IMG/VR virus record: IMGVR_UViG_3300045988_098105
Span: 1-64,000 of that record
Strand: one strand, 5' to 3'
DNA: 64,000 bases
From: a virus
Made by a program: the position numbers and the translations under genes. The notes below the pieces were generated by a model that saw only the letters and a program-made list of their open reading frames with translations, did not search any database and had not been told where the DNA came from. Each line of letters starts with the position of its first letter. Positions within the stretch are counted from its first letter, which is position 1. Shown in pieces: positions 9,521 to 18,915 of the stretch.

Positions 9521-10129
9521 ATGGAGTTCAATAAATTACATCCAACACATTTTATCCGAGAGAGAGGATGGAAGCCCGAGCCAAATCCTTTCTTGCCGAA
9601 GCCACGAAGAGCAGGGCACGGCTATTGGGATAAACACATCTTTATCTATGCCACACAACTCTGGTATGATATAGATGCAAATACCAACATGGTAGGACGA
9701 GCAAGACGGAACATGAAGGATGCGCAAGGCGAAGACATTCCGACAAACGAGAACGATAAGGAACGTCCACTTTTCTACCGATGGTTTGACAAGTATATTA
9801 ATAAGGTGGAAGCGAATCTGTCTGCCTATGTAATGAAACCAGAAGGAAGGGTAAGAGATAATGCCCTGAAAGAATGGGATGAGAAGGAGATATGGCTGAA
9901 ATTTCCCGACTACTGGGATGATACCAAATATGATGCACTCGTCAAGCTGATACACGACTATATCGTGACCGGTGCGCTATACGAATACTTTATGCGCACA
10001 TTGACAAGCAAGGACCCTCTGACGATAGACCAGATGAACCAACTGGACGAACTGGAGATAGACATCATAGACTGCGCCAACTCTACCAAGCCGGGCAGCA
10101 TGATTCATACTCTGAAACCCTTCGGATAA
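9521..10129 (+). CDS. hypothetical protein (202 aa)
   Basis: Track ORF that starts 1 nt after the preceding stop. Confidence 0.55.
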   Translation: MEFNKLHPTHFIRERGWKPEPNPFLPKPRRAGHGYWDKHIFIYATQLWYDIDANTNMVGRARRNMKDAQGEDIPTNENDKERPLFYRWFDKYINKVEANLSAYVMKPEGRVRDNALKEWDEKEIWLKFPDYWDDTKYDALVKLIHDYIVTGALYEYFMRTLTSKDPLTIDQMNQLDELEIDIIDCANSTKPGSMIHTLKPFG

Positions 10130-10144
10130 TAAAAAAGCGAGCGT

Positions 10145-10558
10145 ATGGAAGATTTTGAAATGGATGGATTTAAGTCTGTAAGGGAGATACAGAAAGAGAA
10201 GAAGGAGAAGGTAAAGAAACTTCTCCCTGCAAGGAAGAGTGCCCAAAAGGAATATATACGTGACTGGCTAGCAAGGAGCCAAGAGCAGTTTGAGGATTGT
10301 ATGAACCAACTGGCAGAGTATGATCCTAAGACATACGTCACCATCTACAAAGACCTTACCAAGCACATGATACCAAAGCAGACAGAAGTAAGCGTTACCC
10401 ACGGAATAGATGCAGACTTCAAGCAGCTTATGGCACTCGGTATGACTACCGTAGAGGATGAAGACGAGGCAGACGTACTGGATATAAGCAAAGCACCCGA
10501 GATACAGGATGCAGATTTTGAGGAACTAAACGATTTGACGGATGGCTCTAGTAACTGA
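10145..10558 (+). CDS. hypothetical protein, possible small terminase subunit (137 aa)
   Basis: Basic N-terminus and acidic C-terminus, overlapping the TerL start by 17 nt. The function is guessed from position only. Confidence 0.4.
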   Translation: MEDFEMDGFKSVREIQKEKKEKVKKLLPARKSAQKEYIRDWLARSQEQFEDCMNQLAEYDPKTYVTIYKDLTKHMIPKQTEVSVTHGIDADFKQLMALGMTTVEDEDEADVLDISKAPEIQDADFEELNDLTDGSSN

Positions 10559-12659
10559 ACAGGAAATAGATAATCTCGTAGCGGAAAATCAGAAGCGATA
10601 CGATGAGGTTTATGGCACCTACGACCCTATGACGGGCGAAGGTTGCTATAACTTTGAGCATCGTGTGAAGATAGAGCTATCCGATTTCTTCATTCCTAAG
10701 ATGTGGGTTCCGAAGAAGACTGCCAAATCTGTTCTGTTCAGAGGTCTGAGAAAGATGGGTAGCCTGAAAGACTACATCAACTATGTGTTGCACCAGAAGG
10801 ATGATGCCCAGCATTTCCAGATGCTTACCTTTGCCATCTGTAGAGTGAGGTTCATGGAAGACCCCGAGTTTGCCCTATACGTGACCGATAAGATTGAGGA
10901 CAAGAAGACCGGTAAGATGATTCCTTTCAAGCTGAACTATCCTCAGAGAAAGCTACTGAAAATTATGGAAGACCTGCGGAATGCCCACAAACCGGTGTTC
11001 GTGGTTATTCTGAAGGCACGTCAGTGGGGCGGCTCTACCCTATCACAGCTTTATATCAAATGGATTCAGGACTATAGGCGCGATGGTTGGAATGCTATTG
11101 TGCTTGCCCAACAGAAGAATACCGCCAAGAAGATTAAGGCCATGTACCGAAAAGCTTTGGAGCGGCAACCGGGGTGGACCGTGGGGCATCAGGGCGCAAA
11201 ACTCCAGTTCTCGCCATACGAAAATTCTCCAGACGACTTCCAAGTAACGGATGGAGTGAAGGCAATCAGACGAAGTACGCTGACCGTAGCATCCTTCGAG
11301 AACTTCGATTCGGTGCGTGGTAGTAACTTCCACTGCGCCCACTATTCGGAGGTGGCCTATTGGAAGAAGACGCCAGAGCATGATCCTGAGGGTGTGATTT
11401 CTTCTATATCCGGTGGTATCGACCCATTGGAAGACAACGTGGAGATATTCGAGAGTACCGGTAGAGGTAATTCTGGCTTCTTCTACGACAAGTGCCAGTT
11501 GGCAATGGACCCAAAGAATAATGATGCTTATTCGTTCCTCTTTATTCCTTGTTTCTTCATCGAAAAGGATATGACTCCTGTAGAGAACAGAAGAGCATTT
11601 GCCAAGTGGCTTTTGCAGAACAGAGACCGAAGCACCTGTCCGAAGGGCTATCGTGAGACCGGAAAGTTCTTCTGGCGAATGTGGCAGAAGGGTGCTTGCT
11701 TTGAGGCGATAGAATGGTACAGAAACTACAGAAACAAGTTTACCACCCATGCGGCATGTGCTACCGAGGCTCCTATTGATGAGGAAGATGCGTTCAGAAA
11801 CTCTGGCAGGCTGGTATTCAATCCTTATTCTATAGACGACATGCAGGCTTTGTATAAGCAAGATCCTAAGTTTACTGCCGACATCGTGGTGAACATCAGC
11901 GTGAAGGATGATAACACCATTCCGAACTCGAAGGTGAAGCTGAGAGACGATGGCGAGGGAGACTTGAAGATTTGGGCTGTGCCAAACTGCCTGCAAGTGG
12001 AGAACAGATATTTGGTGAGCGTGGATATTGGCGGTAAGAGTACGACATCGGACTATACCGTTATGACCGTGATAGACCGATTCGGTATGATTCCTACCGT
12101 GAAGGGCAAGCCAAAGGTGGTAGCGAGATACAGGGGACATGTCAGGCATGATAAGCTGGCATGGATGGCTGCTGCCCTAGCCCATTATTATGATGATGCG
12201 CTGCTGGTGATAGAGAGTAATACTGCCGACCGAGAGAAGAACAATAACACGGAGGGTGATCACTTTCTGACCATTCTGCAGGAGATTGCCGACTACTACG
12301 ATAATCTGTATCAGAGAACGAGCAGTTCGGAGAATGTGGAAGATAACGTACTGGCGAAGTATGGTTTCCAAACCAACAAGCTGACGAAGCAGCAGGTGAT
12401 TGATAACTTGGAAGAGTTTATTGATGATAATCTGTATGAGGAGCCAGACAAGGAAATGTATCATGAGTTGCGCATCTATGAGCGACATGATGATGGCAGT
12501 TTGGGTAACATCGTTGGTAACGGAAACCATGATGATGTGGTAATGAGTACCGGCATCGGTCTCTTTGTGAGTCTTACGGACATGGAGAAGCCTAGCTGGA
12601 AGAAAGCGGAAAGAAGAAGCCGTGGTGGCGATGGTGTTCATACGGCGGCGAAAATTTAA
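10542..12659 (+). CDS. terL: terminase large subunit
   Basis: ATPase Walker A-like VVILKARQWGGSTLS. The nuclease half carries SVDIGGKSTTSDYTVMTVIDR and GNGNHDDVVMSTGIGL, typical of the TerL RNaseH-fold nuclease. 705 aa. Confidence 0.85.
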   Translation: MALVTEQEIDNLVAENQKRYDEVYGTYDPMTGEGCYNFEHRVKIELSDFFIPKMWVPKKTAKSVLFRGLRKMGSLKDYINYVLHQKDDAQHFQMLTFAICRVRFMEDPEFALYVTDKIEDKKTGKMIPFKLNYPQRKLLKIMEDLRNAHKPVFVVILKARQWGGSTLSQLYIKWIQDYRRDGWNAIVLAQQKNTAKKIKAMYRKALERQPGWTVGHQGAKLQFSPYENSPDDFQVTDGVKAIRRSTLTVASFENFDSVRGSNFHCAHYSEVAYWKKTPEHDPEGVISSISGGIDPLEDNVEIFESTGRGNSGFFYDKCQLAMDPKNNDAYSFLFIPCFFIEKDMTPVENRRAFAKWLLQNRDRSTCPKGYRETGKFFWRMWQKGACFEAIEWYRNYRNKFTTHAACATEAPIDEEDAFRNSGRLVFNPYSIDDMQALYKQDPKFTADIVVNISVKDDNTIPNSKVKLRDDGEGDLKIWAVPNCLQVENRYLVSVDIGGKSTTSDYTVMTVIDRFGMIPTVKGKPKVVARYRGHVRHDKLAWMAAALAHYYDDALLVIESNTADREKNNNTEGDHFLTILQEIADYYDNLYQRTSSSENVEDNVLAKYGFQTNKLTKQQVIDNLEEFIDDNLYEEPDKEMYHELRIYERHDDGSLGNIVGNGNHDDVVMSTGIGLFVSLTDMEKPSWKKAERRSRGGDGVHTAAKI

Positions 12660-12683
12660 GTCAATGTTAAATGTTGAATTATT

Positions 12684-15437
12684 ATGGAAAGAAACTTAGA
12701 AAGACAAACTTTGAGCTTTAGCAAGGGCATGACGAATGTACCTAGCGACTTGCTTTCAGATGATTCTGAACTGCTGGAGAGTGACGGATTTATCTTTAAG
12801 GATGGGGAAATGAAGGCGGTGCAGAAGGGGGTACGTATCGGCAACGTTCCTTATAAGATAATGTACGTTCACAAGATGGCTGACTATGAGAATATCATTG
12901 CTTATGATGGGACGGCGAATATATACTGGTATACAAAAGATACCAGTGGGAACATCGCAAGCCCTGCTGATGGGGTAACGAAAAGTTTCAATGTAGGAAC
13001 GGTTTATGATGTAAAAAGTATTGGTAATACTTTGGTTTGCGCCACTAGCGAAGGACTTCACTATTTACTTTTCAAAGGAAACAAATATAAAGATTTGGGT
13101 AAAGATCTGCCTCGTTTAGAATATGATTTTACTTTTGAGCGACCGACGGGCAACTATACCCAGGAAGAAAGCGGAAGAACATTATGTAATGCCGAGAATG
13201 CTATCGAGACAAAACAAGGAGAAAGCTATTTTAATCCATTAAACCATACGTTCATTCAGGCAGGAGGCGTAAAACCCGATGGCAGCGAAACCAAATCATA
13301 TACAATGTTTAGCATTAAGGTATCATCAGATTCAAAATATGAGAATGAGTTTCAAGAAACCATTCAAGGGCATGTAGCGCAAGCAATAAACTGGGCAAAG
13401 AGCAAGAATATGTTTGCTTTTCCTTTCTTTCTAAGATGCGCTTTCCGCATGTTTGATGGTTCATACTGCAGAATAACTACGCCTATAGTATGCTATCCAA
13501 CAGTAAATAAAAACTGTATGTTCAGTTCTGCTGTTTTTGATAGTACACACAACACCTATATGGATTTACATCAGATGGGGGGTGCAGGAAGTATGTTCTA
13601 CTTTATAGAATACAGGGAGCTGCTATTCAGATTTGAATCAATATCTAACGACTGGAGCGACATCATCAAAGAGATAGTTGTTTTTGCGTCAGATCAAGTA
13701 GTGCCATTCTATATAGATAAAGGTTGGCATTTTGAAAGTCCGAATGGCTTGCATAAGAAATATGCTTATGCTAATTTTGGGTATAAAACTTACGAAGAAA
13801 AGCTCTTGAATTATGACGTGGATGGCTCGACAAGCACAGATACAACTAAAGAACCATATACCAGAGCGGTACATGACGAACTTTTACCAAAATACAAGAG
13901 TGATGATCAGATTATATCCGAATTACTCTCGAAAACAGTTTTTTACAAATTATTCACAGTTCCAATAAGTGGCAGTCATATTGGTGGTAGCAATTATCAT
14001 TACACCGTTACCGGCAAGGGTGGAGAACCGGCATTTATTAGTGATGGGACATTGGAGAACCTTCTGGAGCAGGAGCAACTGAATGTGGATGATTACTACG
14101 GATGGGCTTCTTTGAGTGCCGAATCCATTTACAATTACAATGGCAGACTGAATCTTATTGGAACAAAACGAACTCCTTTTGCAGGTTTCGCCAAATTTGT
14201 AGGAAAAGACAGGTTTGAGGATGACGCATTTTTGATGTATACGCACATCGTTTCAGATAAATGTGATACATGGATTGAAAGAAGTGTTACTGCCGATGAA
14301 GATTTTCTGCAAGGATGGCTGTTTTATCCAGACCCGAATGCTACGGAGGTTATTTTTTACTCTGCAGGGAAATATATCAGAATTAATCTAAAGGCACATC
14401 CTAGATTAAATGGTGCTTATACGTTTCCTGTACTTCCACCAAATAAGCCAAAGAAGTTTACAGAAATCAGTGAAAGCGAATTGCTAAAGATTGTAACAAG
14501 CGTAAATGATAAAGAAAATTTGAACTCTCAGATTTTCACTTCTTTAGTCAACAATCCATTTGTATTTGAGGCATCGGGAGATAATACAGTTGGAACCGGA
14601 AAGATACTCGGAATTATTGCCAACACAGAGGCGGTAAGCCAAGGTCAGTTCGGTCAATACCCATTGATGGTATTTACGGACGAAGGTATCTACGGCTTGT
14701 CGGTTAACTCTGAAGGTCTCTATAGCAGAGCCTATCCAATATCAAGAGAGGTATGTAATGAGGATTCGCCACTGGTGCCGACGGACAGGCTTGTATTCTT
14801 TGCTTCAAAGAAAGGGCTGATGGCGGCAAGCGGTGGAAGCGTAGCCTGTATGAGCGAACAGATGAGGGGAAGAGTACCAAGGAACTTTGCGACCTTCGGG
14901 GAAAGCAAGTTCCTGGATTTTCTGAAAGACTGCTTTATCGCCTACGATTACAGAGACTCCATATTGAGAATATTCAGCAAGGGGAAATCATACCAATACA
15001 TATATAATATGGTAGACAAGACCTTCTCTATGGTGAATAGCGGCATAGAGGCACAGGCGGTAGTGAATGATTATCCGGATAATCTGATACAAGATACTGA
15101 AGGAAACGTCTATTCACTCACATCAAAACCAGACATCAATGAAGATACAGAAAGCTATAGCGGCTCATTTACTACCAGACCTTTGAAGATGGGCGGCAGC
15201 ATGACGTTGAAATCGCTGAGAGCGGTGAAGCATCTGTTTGATTCGGACGAAGGTACGATTGGGCTGGAGATATACGGAAGTAACGACTGCAAGCACTGGT
15301 GCAAGCTGCCAAGCTTGGCTGGCAAGCCTTGGAAATATTTTACTTTCAAGTATACGCTGCAGAACTTCAAGGCTGCTGATTCCTTTGCTGGCAGTATAGT
15401 AGAGGTACAAAGCAGACGAGAAGACAAAATGAGATAA
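12684..15437 (+). CDS. large virion-associated protein of unknown function (917 aa)
   Basis: Last gene of the portal/terminase operon. It is a long clean ORF with only short shadow ORFs opposite. No motif recognised. Confidence 0.6.
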   Translation: MERNLERQTLSFSKGMTNVPSDLLSDDSELLESDGFIFKDGEMKAVQKGVRIGNVPYKIMYVHKMADYENIIAYDGTANIYWYTKDTSGNIASPADGVTKSFNVGTVYDVKSIGNTLVCATSEGLHYLLFKGNKYKDLGKDLPRLEYDFTFERPTGNYTQEESGRTLCNAENAIETKQGESYFNPLNHTFIQAGGVKPDGSETKSYTMFSIKVSSDSKYENEFQETIQGHVAQAINWAKSKNMFAFPFFLRCAFRMFDGSYCRITTPIVCYPTVNKNCMFSSAVFDSTHNTYMDLHQMGGAGSMFYFIEYRELLFRFESISNDWSDIIKEIVVFASDQVVPFYIDKGWHFESPNGLHKKYAYANFGYKTYEEKLLNYDVDGSTSTDTTKEPYTRAVHDELLPKYKSDDQIISELLSKTVFYKLFTVPISGSHIGGSNYHYTVTGKGGEPAFISDGTLENLLEQEQLNVDDYYGWASLSAESIYNYNGRLNLIGTKRTPFAGFAKFVGKDRFEDDAFLMYTHIVSDKCDTWIERSVTADEDFLQGWLFYPDPNATEVIFYSAGKYIRINLKAHPRLNGAYTFPVLPPNKPKKFTEISESELLKIVTSVNDKENLNSQIFTSLVNNPFVFEASGDNTVGTGKILGIIANTEAVSQGQFGQYPLMVFTDEGIYGLSVNSEGLYSRAYPISREVCNEDSPLVPTDRLVFFASKKGLMAASGGSVACMSEQMRGRVPRNFATFGESKFLDFLKDCFIAYDYRDSILRIFSKGKSYQYIYNMVDKTFSMVNSGIEAQAVVNDYPDNLIQDTEGNVYSLTSKPDINEDTESYSGSFTTRPLKMGGSMTLKSLRAVKHLFDSDEGTIGLEIYGSNDCKHWCKLPSLAGKPWKYFTFKYTLQNFKAADSFAGSIVEVQSRREDKMR

Positions 15438-15472
15438 TTCTTTCATACGCGCTAATTTATGATAACATGAAA

Positions 15473-15504
15473 AAGGCGACTGCTCATCACGAGTGTCCGC
15501 CTTT
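15473..15504. terminator. imperfect hairpin between convergent genes
   Basis: AAGGCGACTGCTC-ATCAC-GAGTGTCCGCCTTT, an imperfect long stem with A/T runs on both sides. It lies between the 917-aa gene (+) and the rhomboid gene (-). Confidence 0.4.
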
Positions 15505-15557
15505 AAAATTAGTTATGAAAAACATTTTTTAAAAACATGATTCTATTTATATGTGTG

Positions 15558-16040
15558 TTATCTGATTTTGATATTATTTATGCAATACGCTACGATGTAG
15601 CCTAATACGAAGCACCAAAGATGCAGAAGTCCGTTGACATTCGGCACGGCCATGGTGCAAATAATGAATGGCATCGCTTTCTTTAATGCCTCTTTCCATC
15701 GCCCTGTCCTACCCCACATCAAACCAAAAGATGAGAACAGGAAACCGGAAAGCCCCATTGTAGGCTGACTAACATACATGGGCAGCAGACTAGCGACATA
15801 GGCAACAGCCAGAGAAGTGACTGGTTTCATATCGTTCTTTATCTGCCAAAGCACCAGAAGGTTTACGGCAAGATGAAAGCCGTTGACATGGAAGAAGCTA
15901 TACAGGATATGATTCTGCCAAGGACAACCGGGATAGAAACCGACGTGCCAAGTACACAGAACGAGGCAGATGATGCTAAGCACCAGCTTTGTTCGAAAGT
16001 TTCTTCTTACGAAGGTCCATTTCTCTGTAATTTTTTCCAT
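15558..16040 (-). CDS. rhomboid-family intramembrane serine protease (160 aa)
   Basis: Start placed at ATG 16040 (MEKITEKW). There are six hydrophobic segments. HLAVN matches the HxxxN motif of TM2, MGLSGFLFSSFG matches the catalytic GxSG of TM4, and LLHLWCFVLGYIV supplies the catalytic His of TM6. Compare E. coli GlpG. Confidence 0.75.
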   Translation of the reverse strand: MEKITEKWTFVRRNFRTKLVLSIICLVLCTWHVGFYPGCPWQNHILYSFFHVNGFHLAVNLLVLWQIKNDMKPVTSLAVAYVASLLPMYVSQPTMGLSGFLFSSFGLMWGRTGRWKEALKKAMPFIICTMAVPNVNGLLHLWCFVLGYIVAYCINNIKIR

Positions 16041-16431
16041 ACTTCTTATAGTAAGCGAAAATAAACTTGAGATTACTTGGCTGGATAAAGAACTCGGGAG
16101 CAGGCTCAGAAACAAGGAACTGGCAGATAAACCATAAAGATTTGCCTACGAACTCCTTTCGCTGCGTCATTTCGTTCATCCTGTTGAACAGCGTATAGTA
16201 TAACTTCTGCCGAATCGGCTTCATACTATCCACCTTAGAGAAGTCGCCGACTGCCATTCTGCGGAGAATATCCCAAGCTCTTTTGGGAGAAACGTAGTAT
16301 CTCGGAGCAGGAGAATGGACCACCTTTTCCCAAGCCTCCTGTTGGGAATGGCAATTAGGAGCTATCTCCCGATACGCCTTCATCAGATCATCCCTCTGTC
16401 TGTCAATCAATTCGTAATTTGCTCTTGCCAT
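15976..16431 (-). CDS. hypothetical protein (151 aa), co-oriented with and overlapping the rhomboid gene
   Basis: Track ORF with its own -7 box upstream. It overlaps the rhomboid start by 65 nt. Confidence 0.55.
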   Translation of the reverse strand: MARANYELIDRQRDDLMKAYREIAPNCHSQQEAWEKVVHSPAPRYYVSPKRAWDILRRMAVGDFSKVDSMKPIRQKLYYTLFNRMNEMTQRKEFVGKSLWFICQFLVSEPAPEFFIQPSNLKFIFAYYKKYGKNYREMDLRKKKLSNKAGA

Positions 16432-16454
16432 ATAAATGCTGCATTAAGATGCTG

Positions 16455-16462
16455 CAAATATA
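16455..16462 (-). promoter_or_regulatory. -7 box TATATTTG (Bacteroidota type) for the rhomboid cassette
   Basis: The + strand reads CAAATATA, so the reverse complement is TATATTTG, 24 nt upstream of ATG 16431. Confidence 0.4.
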
Positions 16463-16632
16463 CATATTATTTAGAATATGACCAAATAAGTGCATAAAGA
16501 TTTAAATAAGTTTAATATTAGGCTGGCTTTCATGGCATTACGAAAGAAAAAGCTTAATTTTGCAACAAAATGAGATGTAAATCTCAGAAACAGTTAGCAA
16601 AATGTAAAACCGAACCATAAAATCGTAACAAA

Positions 16633-16803
16633 ATGAGAACAAAACAGGAATCGCCTCTCTCGAAAGAGGAGGAAGCCTTAGTAATGGAAGGCTTATTGAG
16701 TAGGAAGATTTGGAGGTTCTATGAACTTCTATCAAAGTGGGCACCCATACCATTGATGTTAGGTCACTGGTACGGCGTATGGGACTATGGGCACTATCCC
16801 TAG
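16633..16803 (+). CDS. small hypothetical ORF (56 aa)
   Basis: ATG 16633 to TAG 16801-16803, found by hand because it is below the track cutoff. TAATTTTG box at 16555..16562. Confidence 0.25.
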   Translation: MRTKQESPLSKEEEALVMEGLLSRKIWRFYELLSKWAPIPLMLGHWYGVWDYGHYP

Positions 16804-17119
16804 ACCAACAGTTGTAGATACCAATCTCAACGGGAACTGCATCATCTGGATTTATGTACTGGCATACATTTATATGCCACTGACCATGATACCGGTAAGT
16901 TTCTTCTTCAGATACTGCTGGATTTTCCGTATTCCGTTCTTTTATTTTTTCGGTATCAACGCTATCAGACTATACTATCGGCACTGGCTCATCACTCCCG
17001 AGCAGTTGGAGATGCACCATGTGTTTATCATATTCACTTTAATGCTTTACGCTTATGGATTTATCAAAATCGCTCTATCGAATAGCAGAATCTGCCTTTG
17101 GGATGCTAAGAAACGATGA
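16787..17119 (+). CDS. hypothetical aromatic-rich membrane protein (110 aa)
   Basis: Track ORF with about 3 hydrophobic segments rich in F/Y/W/I. It is the only sizeable ORF in an otherwise empty 600-nt stretch. Confidence 0.3.
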   Translation: MGTIPRPTVVDTNLNGNCIIWIYVLAYIYMPLTMIPVSFFFRYCWIFRIPFFYFFGINAIRLYYRHWLITPEQLEMHHVFIIFTLMLYAYGFIKIALSNSRICLWDAKKR

Positions 17120-17516
17120 ATGTGGGTTTACAGAGGAAGAAGAGAGGATTGTGCAGAGGAATCTTCTTTACTGGATGGAAAGGAAGCATCACTTTGACGA
17201 GCAACTGGGCAGAGCCTGCATCGCCAACATTTATTATTTTGATGATGATGTTCACAAGAAGTATGCTCCTTACTTCGGGTTTGATGAGTTGAAGGAGGAC
17301 TATGAAAGGTTATCATGGAACATACCGGACTACAACTTCTGGGATTTTGCGGTAACGATGAATAAGATGTATGCTGACCATATAGACGTGGTGGGCAAAT
17401 GGTCGAAGAACAAAGATACCACTAGAAAAAGGATCTCAGAACTGGCTATCAGTTTTCTCTGTGACGAATCGACAAACCACCCTACAGATAAAATCTGGTG
17501 GTACATGAATAGCTAA
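17055..17516 (+). CDS. hypothetical protein (153 aa)
   Basis: Track ORF with an alternative start at ATG 17103. Confidence 0.5.
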   Translation: MDLSKSLYRIAESAFGMLRNDECGFTEEEERIVQRNLLYWMERKHHFDEQLGRACIANIYYFDDDVHKKYAPYFGFDELKEDYERLSWNIPDYNFWDFAVTMNKMYADHIDVVGKWSKNKDTTRKRISELAISFLCDESTNHPTDKIWWYMNS

Positions 17517-17558
17517 GTTGGAACACGGCAAAAGCTATTGAAAAGCCTTTTATATTTG
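17517..17558 (+). promoter_or_regulatory. late-promoter candidate for the lysis cassette
   Basis: GTTGGAACACGGCAAA at 17517..17532, an 18-nt spacer, then TATATTTG at 17551..17558. ATG 17585 lies 26 nt further on. Confidence 0.6.
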
Positions 17559-17584
17559 TAGCTATTAATCATAAATAATGATAT

Positions 17585-18028
17585 ATGGCAGAGATAGTAC
17601 ATACATTTTTACAAGAGCACCTGTACAGATCGGCATTGGTTATTGCCATCTGCATGGGTGCTCTTATCATTTCTATGGGCGTGGACCTATTCTTCGGAAT
17701 CAAAAAAGCAAAGGAGAACGGACTGGCTACGACAAGTACAGGATTCAAGAAGACTTGCGACAAGGCGAGGAAATACTTCTCTCCCTTCATGGTAACGGTC
17801 TGCATAGACCTGATAGCCTGTACGGTTCTCCCCTTCCCTGTCTTCTCTATGATATGGGCAGGATATTGCGTGTTCTGTGAATTTGTAAGCGTAAGAGAGA
17901 AGAGCTGGCAGAAGGCTGAGATACGGAAGCAGGAGAAGACGGTAAGCATTCTTCTGGAGAACAAAGAAGACTTGGCTAGGGCTTTTGCTGAGATTATGAA
18001 GGAGCAGGGAAAGGAGGAGAAGAAATGA
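17585..18028 (+). CDS. holin-like membrane protein (147 aa)
   Basis: Three hydrophobic segments followed by a charged tail (KEQGKEEKK). It lies immediately upstream of, and overlaps by 4 nt, the endolysin gene. Confidence 0.65.
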   Translation: MAEIVHTFLQEHLYRSALVIAICMGALIISMGVDLFFGIKKAKENGLATTSTGFKKTCDKARKYFSPFMVTVCIDLIACTVLPFPVFSMIWAGYCVFCEFVSVREKSWQKAEIRKQEKTVSILLENKEDLARAFAEIMKEQGKEEKK

Positions 18029-18468
18029 GACTGATTAAGAGAATTTTTGTTCATTGCAGTGCCTCTTCTCAGAAATGGGGTGTGAAGGAACTTTGGGATG
18101 AGTTTAAGCGCAAAGGCTGGAACAACCCCGGCTACCATTACGTGATTACTGCTGATGGTGGGATTCACCAGATGCTGCCGGTAGAAATGGTTAGCAACGG
18201 CGTGAAGGGATATAATGCTACGGCTATCAATGTAGCTTACGTTGGCGGCATCAACAAGAAGGGAAAGGCGGTAGACAACAGAACTGAGGAGCAAAAGAAA
18301 TCGCTTATCACTCTGCTCACTCAGCTGAAGAAGAAATATCCGGATGCTGAAATCTTAGGGCACAGGGATATTTCGCCCGACAAGAACCATAATGGCGTGG
18401 TGGATGCTTGGGAGAGAATCAAGGAGTGTCCTTGCTTTGACGCTAAAGTTGAATACAAAGAGATATAG
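18025..18468 (+). CDS. N-acetylmuramoyl-L-alanine amidase endolysin (Amidase_2 / T7-lysozyme-like)
   Basis: IFVHCSAS, GYHYVITADG, GYNATAINVAYVGG, ILGHRD and KECPCFD match the T7 lysozyme/PGRP amidase pattern. Confidence 0.85.
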   Translation: MRLIKRIFVHCSASSQKWGVKELWDEFKRKGWNNPGYHYVITADGGIHQMLPVEMVSNGVKGYNATAINVAYVGGINKKGKAVDNRTEEQKKSLITLLTQLKKKYPDAEILGHRDISPDKNHNGVVDAWERIKECPCFDAKVEYKEI

Positions 18469-18471
18469 CTT

Positions 18472-18912
18472 ATGAAATGGTATGACATAAGGTTTTGGAA
18501 ATGGGCTTGCATCGGGCTGGTGATTGTGGCTATCCTATTGGCATTTACTGGATGCAAGACGAAGGAGTATATCAATGTTCCTTCTGTTAGAACTGAATAC
18601 GTATGCAGAACTGATACTTTTGCTAAGTTGGATAGTATCTACATGAAGGATTCGGTGTATGTTTTTCAGAAAGGTGATACGGTTTTCCATAACAAGGTGG
18701 TTTATCGGGACCGGTATCATAATATATATAAGGTGAAGACGGACACGATCATCAAGAGGGATTCTGTCGCCGTGCCTTATCCTATAGAGCGACAACTGAC
18801 GAAGAACGAGCAAAGGCTGATGTCGCTGGGCAGATGCTATATCGCCTTTCTATTCATACTGGCGGTTTGCGCGATAGGGTTTACTCTCTGGTACAGAAAC
18901 AAAAAGTGCTAG
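18472..18912 (+). CDS. unimolecular-spanin candidate (lipoprotein signal plus C-terminal TM)
   Basis: N-terminal signal with lipobox-like LLAFTGC and a C-terminal hydrophobic helix CYIAFLFILAVCAIGFTLWY. It sits directly after the endolysin. Confidence 0.5.
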   Translation: MKWYDIRFWKWACIGLVIVAILLAFTGCKTKEYINVPSVRTEYVCRTDTFAKLDSIYMKDSVYVFQKGDTVFHNKVVYRDRYHNIYKVKTDTIIKRDSVAVPYPIERQLTKNEQRLMSLGRCYIAFLFILAVCAIGFTLWYRNKKC

Positions 18913-18915
18913 CTT

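Noticed and set aside
11043-12149. 368-aa minus-strand ORF inside the terminase gene
   Set aside because: It is antisense to a gene with unambiguous TerL motifs and has shadow-type composition.
16538-16753. 71-aa minus-strand ORF in the region upstream of the rhomboid cassette
   Set aside because: It lies upstream of the cassette promoter and points away from any context. Its composition is low-information, and the + strand has a better box plus small-ORF arrangement.
17569-18294. 241-aa minus-strand ORF across the holin and endolysin genes
   Set aside because: It is antisense to two genes with clear functional motifs, so it is a shadow ORF.
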